A stretch of 64,000 nt of DNA from Blasia pusilla (Eukaryota): NCBI GenBank assembly GCA_050084515.1, contig CM114271.1, positions 23,870,001-23,934,000 on the forward strand, written 5' to 3'. Both the position numbers and the translations under genes were made by a program. Below, piece by piece: positions 39,101 to 51,019 of the stretch; position 1 is the first letter of the stretch; every line of letters starts with the position of its first letter. The notes below the pieces were generated by a model. It was not told where the DNA came from. It saw nothing but the letters and a program-made list of their open reading frames with translations, and made no database searches.

Positions 39101-40690
39101 TTTGAGTAATGGGAGTGTGACAACCTCAATGGCCTTCGTCCAAGACAAACGGTTGCAGGTGAGATTAGTTCACGAGATGCCTGTGCGAAAGGAGTTGGTG
39201 AATGCCATTACAAGGAGGAGTCTGATTATTTATGGTGGAGCCCATCACCGGCATGATTGGGCCTGTCAGGGCATGGAGGAGGAGATGCATGGTGTTGCAC
39301 TAGGAGTTTATCAGTGTGACTATTGTCAAAGGTACCGTCACACACGCGCTATATGTTTCAGCCTACACCTTGAATTGCGCCCGAACCGAGGGCCAGAGAG
39401 GGCACCATAGTGAGTTGCCAGTCCGAGTGGGCTAGAGGTTGTGCACTAGGTGGTCCCGTTGGGGGACAAGGGGTTGGATTTGCCCGAGGGGCTGGTGGAG
39501 TTGCCCGTGGAGGAGGTAGAGTTCCGCCATCTAAACACGTCGAGGGAGATGCCCGGCGTGAGGTTGGGATGGTTGCTCAGATACAACAGCTACAGCAGCA
39601 GATTGCCGCTATGGCATTGAGGTTACCCGATGCCAGATCCATGGCATTGACATCTAGTGCAGCAGTCAGAGATAAGGAGGATCCTTGCGGGATGTCCGCG
39701 ATTGTGCAATTGGTGGCAGACGATGTTGTTACACGTGGAGCCACCGTAAAGTTGGATCCAGAGAGAGGGAAAGCCACGAAACTTACCAGGCTTCCTCAGT
39801 TTTTCACGTTGTCCGAGGCGATAAGGACCCCATCGATGGGTCTTAATCAGAATTCTTGGAGAGTTGATATTGTTGGTGTGCACGCACGGAGGGCAATAGG
39901 AGAAGCTGGATAACCGGGGAGAAATCTTCTAGTTGGTAAGTCCACGAGGTAGATTATTTTGTCCGCAGCCTGTCCTGTTAGATTTAGGAGCGCAACCCCT
40001 AATGTTGGGGAAAGCGACATTTACACAGTTGGGCCTAACGAGGGCCAATGTGGAGCATTTTCCATTCCGGATACAAACATCCTTGGGTAGAGCAAGTACC
40101 ACAAAGTTTATCATCCAACATGAGGTCATGGTGAGGATTCACCCAAGAAATCCTACAGATAAGTTTGTGGTGCGAGCCAAGACAATAGTGACTGATGAAG
40201 AGTCCTACGATGTCTTGGTTGGTGGAACAATGTTGTATCCGATGGGGTTTTCCCTAGATTATTGGAGGAGTCAGCATCCTACAGATCAAGATGGCAGTAA
40301 GGTGATGGGCGACTTAGCTCATTACCCGTTTGATTCACTGGTGGAGTGATCGAGCGAAGGCCAGGGGAGATGGTGACTTTAGCAACATTTAATAGCGCCA
40401 TCACGTGGCCTTGAGATTTGATTGAGGAGCATGTCCATGCAGAGGACACACCCACGTCTGACACTTTTAAGGAGAGGAGTGTTATGGTAGCCACATCATT
40501 CCGTGGAGGAGAGGTGCCACTGTGGGGCTCGCGTGAATAGCTCCGACGCTTGAGAGATGAGCATATGCAGACGGCGTGGAGTCAGGCCCTTGCATCAGAG
40601 TGTGATGGGTCAGAGGAACCCGAGCTAGCCAAGAGTGCTCTTATGACCCCTTTGGACACCACCCCGATTGAATGGTGCATCTCAGAGAAG

Positions 40691-41660
40691 GGTATTCGCG
40701 TGTTGGATCTCTTTGGAGGGATCAACATTGGCTTAGCTATTGTTTTGCAGGTTGGAGTGCGCGTCCAGCAATACCTGTACGTTGAGATTGATGATTTTAC
40801 AAGGTGCACTTCACTTCACCATGTGGCTTAGTTACGCCTCCGATTTCCCAACTTGTTGTTTGTGTCCTCCATGGAGGATTACCAGAGTTCCCATACCGAG
40901 GGATATTTCATTGTTGGGGGCGCAAGACTTCGAGCGGGTAGGGACCATAGATTTTGTCATTGCTGGTTGGTTGTGTAAGGGACAATCGAGTGCTCGATGA
41001 GATAGCAAGTTAGCTGACTCTTGGTCCCGATTATTTTGAGAGATGATACGGATCTTGCGACACTTGCAAGAGTATCTGTCCTATTCTCCATCATACAATA
41101 TGGAGAATATGCTGATTTTGGGTGATTCAAGATCTTGAGTGATGACGAGGGCACATCAGGTGCGCGCATGGATCGGCCCAACAGTGTTGTTGGATGTGGC
41201 AAGGATAGGTTCACGAGCACATCACCTGCGTCGTTGATGGATAACTTGGTGCCACATGAGGTATTGCGGAGGAATTATACGAGAGTGGATCGACCCTCTA
41301 ATTTATTGGTAGATTCTATTCTAGATCTAGGTTGTCGATCACAGGCAGTGAGGCACGATGATTAAATGTCGTTGACTGTGGTCAGCAAGATTGGCATACC
41401 ACGGGCATCCTTTTCCACGTTTGTGAGTTTTCGTGCTTCCTATGCATTCAAGGAGGCCGAACCTGGCTTGGTTTAGGATGACCAGGTACAGTGATTCGTG
41501 GAGCCCAATATATGCCGATAAGCGAAAGTGAGTGATGGGATTTCCCACAAGAGTGATGGTAGTACCGTCACTATCAGAGGCATCACGATGTCATGTCTTG
41601 GGTAAGGCAATGGACCTGAACTGCTAGACATGTATTTTCAGCTTAGGAGTAGGTGAGCAG
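40691..41660 (+). pseudogene. Copy B DNMT3-like methyltransferase domain (decayed)
   Basis: GIRVLDLFGGINIGLAIVLQVGVRVQQYLYVE; IDFVIAGWLCKG (PC motif mutated); downstream motifs interrupted by stops. Confidence 0.85.
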
Positions 41661-42687
41661 CGTGGTTTGAGGTTGCTGAAGATTACAGTTGTTGCATTGG
41701 TGAGCCCCATACCTACCGAGAATCTTGAGGCAGTGGCTGGGGCCGAGACTCGAGAAAATCGACACACCATGGGTGATCGGGAGAGACACCCTTGGACTTC
41801 TTGGGATGTTTGCTAGACATGCCAAGAGATGGCAGCCACAACATCGAGCGCGGTTCCAAGTACTGCATGTGGAGGAGATAAGAGTTTGCAATTGGCTGCA
41901 AGGAAGCAGCCAAGTTCTACTATCCGAGACAGGGTTACACCATAGTAGCCACCAACACCCCCATCGGAGAGTCCTACCATAGTGTAGATGGAGACTTGGG
42001 AGCCAGATATGGGCCCTAAGTTGATAGGAGGAGAGCGGCGATGGATACATCAGTTCCTTAGGAGTTATAGGAGCTGTTTAAACATATTTTGCATTTAGCA
42101 TGCATGATTTGCGTACGTTGAAGGGTCCAAGAATCCGCATTGAGTTGTCAAGCAACACGCCAATCTTTCAATGAACCTATAAGAATAGTGATATGGAGAG
42201 GGATCTAATTGAAAGTAGGAGCCAGGACTTGGTTGGAGTAGGACTAGTGGAGATGTCGCACGGAGAGCATGCATCTACCACTGCCATGCCCGCCAAGAAG
42301 GATATGCATAGCAACCGGACGGATAGGCAGATGTGTGGAGATTACCAACCTATCAATTGGCAGAGGAAGTCCAATAGATATGCCATGCCCAACCTTGAGG
42401 AGATCTTTGATGCTATTAGGCATGCAAAGATCTTCAGTTCACTACATCTTTGAGTCGGATACCATCAGCTGCCTATGAGATTGGAGGACAGGCAGAAGGA
42501 AAAATTTTGGGGCATTGGTCCTTACGGAAAGGATTGCTTGTACCAATGGCGGTTCTTACCATTTGGGTTAAAGAACACCTGGGTTAAGTTCTAGAGGGTC
42601 ATAGATAGGATCTTGGCATATCTGGATTTTACAAGGTGTTATATTAATGACTTTGTAGTCTTTAGCGCCACGTTTGAGGAGCATGAG

Positions 42688-43005
42688 CATGGTTGCACAA
42701 TAATGGACAAATCCTCCCTTAGAACGGATATGGACAGACAAGTCTGAACACGTCCATGGACATGGGTTCCAAGAGGTGGGATCCACACTTTTAGTCCATG
42801 ATGGAAGTCAATGCAAGGATGAGAGGAGCAATGAGTGAGGAGGGAGTGGAGGTGGAGGTGGAGGGAGGAAGAAATAGGGGAGTATGGAACACGAAGGCAA
42901 GTAAGGGGAATGCAAAAGAAGGGAAAGGTGGGGCCCATATGGACAAGTCCTTCCATAGGACGGACATAAGTTCACCGACATGGACTTTGTCCACATGCAA
43001 CCTTG
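42688..43005. mobile_element. hAT-type MITE (318 bp) inserted in copy B RT
   Basis: Termini CATGGTTGCA / TGCAACCTTG; perfect 8-bp TSD AGCATGAG at 42680-42687 and 43006-43013; repeated subterminal GGAC motifs. Confidence 0.9.
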
Positions 43006-43639
43006 AGCATGAGCAACATCTGGAGGAGGTGTTTCGATAATTGCAGTTATATGGGATGAAGCTACATCCAGGCAAGTGCAAGTTCTTCTATAAACAGATT
43101 TGAGTAGCTGGGTCATATGATATACCTAGGGGGCCTTGGTGTACAGCACACAAAGGTAGAGGCTACTTCACGCGTTCCTTGCCCTACAAACGTGAGTCAA
43201 GTTCGTGCATTCATGGGATTGGCGAACTTCTATCAACAATACGTCAAGGGTTTCAGTTTGATTGTGAAGCCGCTAAACTTTTTGACCAAGGTGGATTAGG
43301 AGTGGGACTGGGAGGATGAGTTGGAGAAAGCGTTTTAGCTGCTCAAGGACAGGTTGACGTCCGCGCCCATATTGAGGAGACCAATCAAGGGGCGTCCTTT
43401 CCAATTGCATACCGATTGGAGCATGTTGGGGCTTGGAGTTGTGCTCACCCAGTATGAAGATGAGGGTAGAGAGTTTGTGGTGGCTTACGCTAGTCGCTTA
43501 AACAAAGTTGCAGAGGCAAAGTATAGCTTGTATGAGGGTGAGTGTTTGGCTCCAACGTGTGGGCTGTCGCACATTTTAGGTGTTTTCTATTCGGCAACCC
43601 CTTTACCATGATTATTGATGACCAACCACTTAAGTGGTT

Positions 43640-44653
43640 TATCGTGCTCCTACTCTCCTTGAATGTTTATCTTTGTTGTTGCGGAAGCGTGCGTTTAGTA
43701 GGTCACGCTCTCAACGTTGATCTGCATCCAAACATGCACTTTGGTTAGTCGGATCTGGATCAATCAGCGGGCTAAATTTCCGAGTTCTCATCTCGATCTC
43801 TCATGATCATCAAGCTCAACCTTCCTAGTTTCGCGGTTTACAACACAGGAAAGTCTCGAAAGACTTGAGACGGACTTTCTAGTCGGTTCAGGAACCTCAA
43901 ATGGTGTTTCGCGCTTCCCGGTTCCAACTATCTTATGGACATCCAATGAGTCCCTAATCGAGACTCACAAAAAATGAATCGCCGGTCAGAATCCAAATAT
44001 GGTGTACAAAGTCCACTCCCTTGGATCAAGTTTGGGTTCCGAGTTCCAATGTCAAACTCCAGTTCCATCCCGTGCCCTTGAGACGCCGTTTGGTGCTCAA
44101 AGTGGGGTTTGTATTCCAAGACATCTTGGAGAGACTCCCCCTTATTAGTACTTGTGGGGATCTCCAGGGTTCCCCTAACGGTAGGGAAAGACAGCCGGGC
44201 CCCTCAAATTGGCCCTTCATCCAATTGCTCTCACGATCATTTCCGGCCACTTTCTCAGCCTCTGCTTATGCATTGCTGAGATCTTTGGTGCATTGGAAGT
44301 GCCTCAAGATAAGCTTTCCAACTCACCCTTATTTGTCCCGAATGCATCTTGGGGCTAAATATTATGGTCTTAAACACAGTCAAATTCCCCAAACGCTAGT
44401 CGTGTTCCAAACTTGTTCTCACCTCTTTGGCAACCAACCTTCCAAGACTCAACTCATCTCAAGTCTTCGTTCGCGTTTGGTCTAGGTTTTTTGGTCGCGA
44501 CCACAACTGTGCACCGCGTTTTCTCTCTTGGACTTTTCCAAGAGACCTTCCAGAAGCCTCTCCAAAGCGCGATCATCGCACCGTGAGTCCACTTGAGTTC
44601 TGATGTTCCGCTTGGCGCCTATTTGGTGTTTTTTGGTTATGAAGATCACGACA
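43640..44653 (-). mobile_element. Solo LTR of the conventional Gypsy family, antisense, replacing the copy B integrase region
   Basis: Reverse-complement homologue of 33139-34161. The left flank is RNase H (..QPLKW) and the right flank is the PHD tail (..RGRWMC). No TSD. Confidence 0.88.
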
Positions 44654-46761
44654 CTCGGGGACGATGGATGTGTCCCACATGTATATAGAGTAGGTAGTTC
44701 TAGATTCCAACTTGTGTGTTAAATCTTTTAGGATAGATCGTTGAGATGTAGTAGAGCGCCTTCGTGAGTAGTGGAGGACAATCTCAATAGGTTGAGGATG
44801 ACCTGTTGAGGCCCCGAGAAACCTAAGAGAGCAGGTTTCCCCTTCGTTTCGGCTCATTTGGAGCCATATTGAAGAACTTACTATTTTAGGTAAGTACCAT
44901 TTTTAGTATATGATCGACTTTCTATTTTTGGTAAGTGGCCCTTGACCTCCTACATCAAGTCAAGAGCCAAGTAAGTGACTTGGGAGAATAGGTTACTATG
45001 GAGAGAGCTTGGGAGAGGGGAGGGGTATACCTCAAGGAGAGAGAGCTTGAGAGCTCATTCTCTCTTTGTTGAACCTCTTGGCATAAGGCGGCGGAGCTAT
45101 GGTCCCTTCCCTTGTGAGTGTAACCCAAACCTCTCATTAGGAGAGTGGGTTTGGTTTGACATGAGAGAGAGTGCATACCTTTGAGAGCTATGGTGTGAGA
45201 TGGTGTAAAGAGAGATTGGATCTTACTTTATAAAGAGAGAACGAGAGAGTGAGAGAGCTTCATGGGGGAGCTCACTGGTCACTCGCTTTTTTTGCAGGTT
45301 GGGGACCGTGTTCCCCGTTCAGCGGCTCATGGGAGTGCTCACCAGAGCAAGGGCTGCTTTGATTGTTCTTTGCATTTGCCAATTTTTCGTGTGAAAGAGT
45401 GGCGCGCGGAAGCGCTGCCCAATTTCTGATAGGGATTGATTATGGAGGCGGATTGTCCCATGCCGGTGCTTTTGGGAGCACCATGTAGCTTGTTGATTTG
45501 TATTTTTATAGGTTTTACATTTTCGTTTGGATAAATTAGTGCGGAAGCGCTGCCAAATTTTTTGTAAGAGAAAGAGACATTGGGATTTATGACAGTCCCC
45601 ATCAATTTTTACTGGAATGTTCAATTCTAAATATTTTTTGATATTGTCGTAGATTGTGAAGCTATGCACCTAGTGCAATAAACAATGCAAAATTTGGAGT
45701 TATGAGCAAAAATTTATGGTCAATCTTGCAAAATTGCCATTGCTAAGCAATTTGTAGGGTTAAATTGTTCAAACCCTAAACGAGCCGCCACGCCAGCGGC
45801 AGCCTTCGCTGTCATAGTTACCCTCAACGGTCTACCATCGACGGTCAACCATCACCGTCAATGGTCCACCGTCTGTTGTCCACCCTTTGGTTGCCATTGC
45901 CGCCGTTACGGAGTGGAGGGTCTTCCACGACGTTCGTTGATTCTCTAACTTGCGTCGTCACCACGTACTTTGTTTTGGCCGCCACCATCATCGCAGTTTT
46001 GTCATCAACCAATGATGGTAGATAACCTCCGGTTATGGTGTTTGAGTTTTGATTTCATGCTCCTATGTTGTGATTGGTAGCCGTTTGACGACAATCGAGT
46101 ACCGTGCCGTGACGCCCGTAGCCGCAACGCGCCGCCGATTGCCGCGCCGTGCCGCTCGTGGCCGTACCGCAAGGTCTCGATTGTGAAGCCACTCCATCAT
46201 TGTGGAACATAGTGTGTGTTTATTATTGATTGAAGAGGGTATGCCGCCGAGTGCTGCATCCCACCATCGAGGGTCGTTCCGTGCCGCCTGCAACCCCGCA
46301 CCGTTCCGCTGCAACCGCACTGTCTATCGAGGAGTTTTGAGCAGCGTCAGCACGGGAGGAGTATGACTTGGTGACTGGAGGAGTTGTCTCCACGACCGAT
46401 TTGGGGTCGAGATTTGCAGTTCAGGTTACCTATTCTGGATTATGGGATTTTGGTAATCCCATAATCCCTCACACGTCCTTTACCCTACAGGTGTGAGGGA
46501 TTATGGGATTTTAGTAGTTTATTTGGGGATATTCGGTGTGTGGATGTTGAGAGCATCATTTATGTATGTGGTTTAGGGGACATAGACCTATGTGGGATGT
46601 CCGGAGTTGAAGGTAGGTTATCGATGAGATGATAGCTTGGTCGATTTGCCGCACCACGCCGCTTGTTGCCGCACGTTATACGTCTTGGGGAGGGAGAGTG
46701 TAGATCGAGTGCCGCATGTTTGGGATAAGTGATTGAGGGATTACTCGCGAGGCGAGAGTGA

Positions 46762-49370
46762 TTGGATGAGAGGGGCACGAAGGGCACGAGGATCATCACG
46801 GCGTCTGTTCGGGACTTTGAGAGACGAGGTGGTGAACTCGAGAGTAGCTCTAGAGATTTTACGCGGAGTGGCGCGAGGTTCCGAGGGTCTCCACGGGAGG
46901 GACCACCTCGACCTCCTTCTGTGTCATCGTCAGACAAGGGGGAGGGTGTAGAGGAGTTTGTGAGCACATTGCCACACATTGTGAGTGGTCCTACCAGTTG
47001 GGCGTACGAGATGGACGACCGGGGTAGAGGACCGCATAGGTTTTCAGATGCAGTAGGTACGATTGAGTTGCATGATTTCATAGCACAGTGTAGGAGTTGG
47101 TGCAACTCCCAGCGGGCCAGGAACTCTAGAGAGTTAAACCCGTTTACAACATGGAACGGTATATTCTAGCATTTAGAGGGGGCGCCCATGGACAATTACC
47201 ATGAGTTCTCTCAGAGATATGCACGTGAGATCGAGGCGTGGAGGCTCTACTATGACCCATATTATGTGTCATGGACTGAGCCGTTCCCAGATGAGGAGGA
47301 GGAGTCTGGAGAGGCTACTTCCTCTTCCACTAGTGACGTTTTAGGAGGGGTCACTCGCACGGGAGCAGTTGCACCATGTAGTCGAGTTCGTCCTAGGTTC
47401 AACCCTGTGGTTGAGTTCTTTGCTGAGTTGAGGGCAAGCTACCAAGGGGTACGGACAGAGAAGTTGCGGAGCATCCACAACTTCTAGAGGCGCACGTGTG
47501 AGAGTTTGCGTGAGGCTTACATTCGCTTGCGCCGGTTGATCAATGTCACTCATGGGGTGACAGAGGCTCAGGCTATCCAGTCATGGTAAGCCATGCTGGA
47601 CCGGATCCTACGGACATGGGTGCGGGAGGGGTGCTTCTTATGAACACCTCCCCTACGTTGAGAGATGTTTTTACGACGGCCAAGAACATTTAGCACAACA
47701 TGGCAGAGGAGAGCATAGCCACCATGGGTTCTGGGCGAGAGCAGTCTCGATTGTCTGCCCCACCTGTGTACCAACGTGGACTCCGAGATAGGTCGACTGT
47801 GGCACTACGAGCTCAGGGAGGATACCGGGAGGCCATGCCACAGAGATCTACGCCTCAATATGCGGATCAGCTACTGCCGCCTACTATCACTTGTTGGTCA
47901 TGTGTTGGAGCCCATCATTAATGCGATTGCACTCGTCAGGATCATGGACGTGTGCCTCAGCATGGAGGAGGAGATGGTGTTGTACCAAGAGGTTATCAGT
48001 GTGACTATTGTTAGAGGTATGGTCATACATGCGCCAGGTGTTTCAATTTACATCCTGAGTTACGTCCGGACCGAGGGCCAGAGAGGGCACCAGAGCGAGT
48101 AGCCGGTCAGGGTGGGCCTAGAGATCGTGCACCAGGTGGTCCCGTTGGGGGTCGAGGAGAAGGAGTTGCCGGACACAATGGTGGAACTACCCATGGAGGA
48201 GGTAGAGTCCTACCACCTAGACGCGTTGAGGGAGATGTCGGGGGGTGAGGCTGGGATGGTTGCTCAGATACATCGGCTAAAGGAGCAAATTGCCGCTATG
48301 GTATTGAGATTACCCAATGCCAGATCCGAGGCATCGACATCATATGGAGCAGCCAAAGATATAGAGGATCTTGGTTGGATGTGCGGGGTTGCCCAGATGG
48401 AGGCAGCCGCAGTTGTGATGTGTGGAGCAGCCGCACAGTTGGATCCAAAGTGAGGGAAAGCCAAGAAACATACTAGGCTTCCTCACTCTTTCACGTTGTT
48501 CGAGGCGATGAGGATCCCATCGATGGTTCCTGATCAGAGTTCCTAGAGAGTTGGTGATGTTGTTGGTGTGCAGGCACGGAGGGTGATGGGAGAAGCGAGT
48601 GCGATGACTCCTATTGTTGATACTCACGAGCGGCATGTGTTGAGCACGTTGTTGGGGGCGGCCATCATTGTGTATCGTGCTCCTTTATTTTCTGCTTCCG
48701 ATGTTATGACGTTGGGAGGTACGTCCGCCAAGGCTTTTTGGCTGGCCGCTACGCTATGTGAGCGTGGAGTTGGAGTTCTTGCATCACGTTTAGAGGTGAT
48801 TGCAGAGGAGGTGATGGACCTGCCCTTGGAGGGGATGCTCGGGCCATCCACGTCAGATTCATGGCTGCAGCTACTAGGATGGCGGAGATGCCCGCTAGAC
48901 CCGCGATAGAGTGTGCCATGGCTTCTCCTGGTGTTCTGTTGCTAGATAACCAAGGAGAGGTCTTCCAGTTGGTGAGTCCCGGAGGTAGAGCTTTTAGTCC
49001 GCAGCTCGTCTTGTTGGATTCAGGAGCGCAACCCCTGATGTTGGGGAAAGCGTCATTCAGAGGATTGGGCTTCACGAGAGCCAATGTGGAGCGTTGTCCA
49101 TTCTAGATACAGACATACTTGGGTGGAGCAAGTACCACACAATATATCACCCGACAGAAGGTCGTGCTGAGGATTCGCCCGGGACATCCTCCATATGAGT
49201 CCGTGGTGCGAGCCAAGATGATAGTGACTGATGCAGAGTCCTACGACGTCTTGGTTGGTAGAGCAGTGTTATACCCGATGGGGTTTTCCCTGGATTACTG
49301 GGAGGAGTCAGCGTCCTACAGACCAAGATGGCAGTCAGGTGATGGGCGCCTTAGCTCATTACCCGTTTGA
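46762..49370 (+). pseudogene. Copy C gag (two zinc knuckles) and aspartic protease
   Basis: ORFs 46762-47169, 47188-47487, 47700-47921 (TCWSCVGAHH) and 48861-49106 (VLLDSGAQP). Confidence 0.85.
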
Positions 49371-49690
49371 TTCACAAGTGCAGTGATCGAGCAACGGCGA
49401 GGAGAGATGGCGACCTTAGCAGCATTTAGTAATGCCATCACTTGGCCTAGTGATTTGATTGAGGGACATGTCCATACAGAGGATACTCCCGTTCCTAACA
49501 TTTCTATGGAGAGGAGTGTTATGGTAGCCACATCATTCCGTGGAGGAGAGGTGCCGCTGTAGGGCTCGACTGAGGAGCTTCGACGATTGGCACATGAGCA
49601 CGTACAGACCGCGTGGAGTGAGGCATTTGCACCGGAGCGTGACGAGTATGAGGAACCAGAGGTAGCAAGGAGTGCTACGCTAACACCCTT

Positions 49691-50640
49691 GGAGGGATTA
49701 GCAACGGGTTAGTTGTTGTTTTGCAGGCAAGAGTGCGAGTACAACAGTACCTGTATGTGGAGAGTGATGATGTTGCGAGGCGCGTCTCACTACGATATGT
49801 GGCGCAATTACGCCTATGTTTTCCCGACTTATTGTCTACGTCCGCGATACAGGGTTACTAGAGTTCCCTACCGAGGGATATTTCGTTGTTGGGGGCGCAG
49901 GACTTAGAGCGGGTAGGGACCATTGATTTGGTTATTTCCGGTTGGCAATGTCAGAGCCAATCAAGTGCTGGACGAGGCAACGCGTTAGTTGACACTCGGT
50001 CCCGGTTGTTTTGGGAGATGTTGAGGGTCTTACGGCAGTTGCAGGAGCACCAGTCTTGTTCTCCAACCTACATTCTGGAGAATGTGCCCATCTTAGGAGA
50101 CTCTAGGTCACGGGTGGTGACAAGTGCTCATCAGGTGCGTGCCTGGATCAGCCCAGCAGAGTTGTTGGATGCGGCAAGTGTGGGTTCTAGAGCCCATCGC
50201 CCACGTCTATGGTGGACCAACTTGGTGCCCCATGCGGTGTTACGGAGGGCGTATGCGAGAGTGGAGCGCCCCTCCCATTTTTTAGTGGATTCCATTCTAG
50301 ATCCAAGTCGTCGATCATAGGCAATGGGGCACGATGATCGACCACCGTTGACTCTGGTCAACAAGGTAGGCAGGCCGCGGGCAGCCTTGCCCACGTTTGT
50401 GAGTTTTCCCACTTCCTATGCATACAAGGAGGCGAGTCTTGGCTTGGTTTGGGATGACCAGGTTCAGCGGTTAGTGGAGCCCAACGCCGACGAGAGAGAG
50501 CGAGCAATAGGATTTCCCCCAGGAGTGACGACAGTACCGTCAATGTCAGAGGCATCACAACGCCATGTCTTGGGTCAAGCGATGGATTTGAAATGCTTGA
50601 CATGGATCCTCGGCTTGGGAGTGGCTGAGCAGCGTCGTAT
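49691..50640 (+). pseudogene. Copy C DNMT3-like methyltransferase domain (motif I deleted, PC changed to QC)
   Basis: IDLVISGWQCQS, YILENV, LDAASVGSRAHRPRLWWTNL, EPNADERERAIGFPPGVT, RHVLGQAMD. Confidence 0.9.
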
Positions 50641-51019
50641 GAGATCGCGATAGATCACAACGGTTGCGTTGGTGAGCCCCATGCCTACCGAGACGGTGGA
50701 GGCAGTGGCTGGGGGCCAGACCCGAGGAGATCTACACACCAGGGGAGATCGAGAGAGAGACCCTTGGACTTTTTGGGATGTTTTGCAGGTACGCTAGAAG
50801 ATGATAGCCATAGCATCGAGCATGGTTTTGGGCACTGCATGCGGAGGAGATCAGAGTTTGCAGTTGGTTGCAAGAGAGCGGCCGAGTGTTGTTGTTCGAG
50901 ACAGGGTTGCACCATAGCAACCCCCGATACCCGCGCCGGAGAGTCCTACCATAGTCATGATGTAGACTTGGGGGCCAGATATGGGCCCTAAGTTGACAGG
51001 AGGAGAGCGGCGTCAGATA

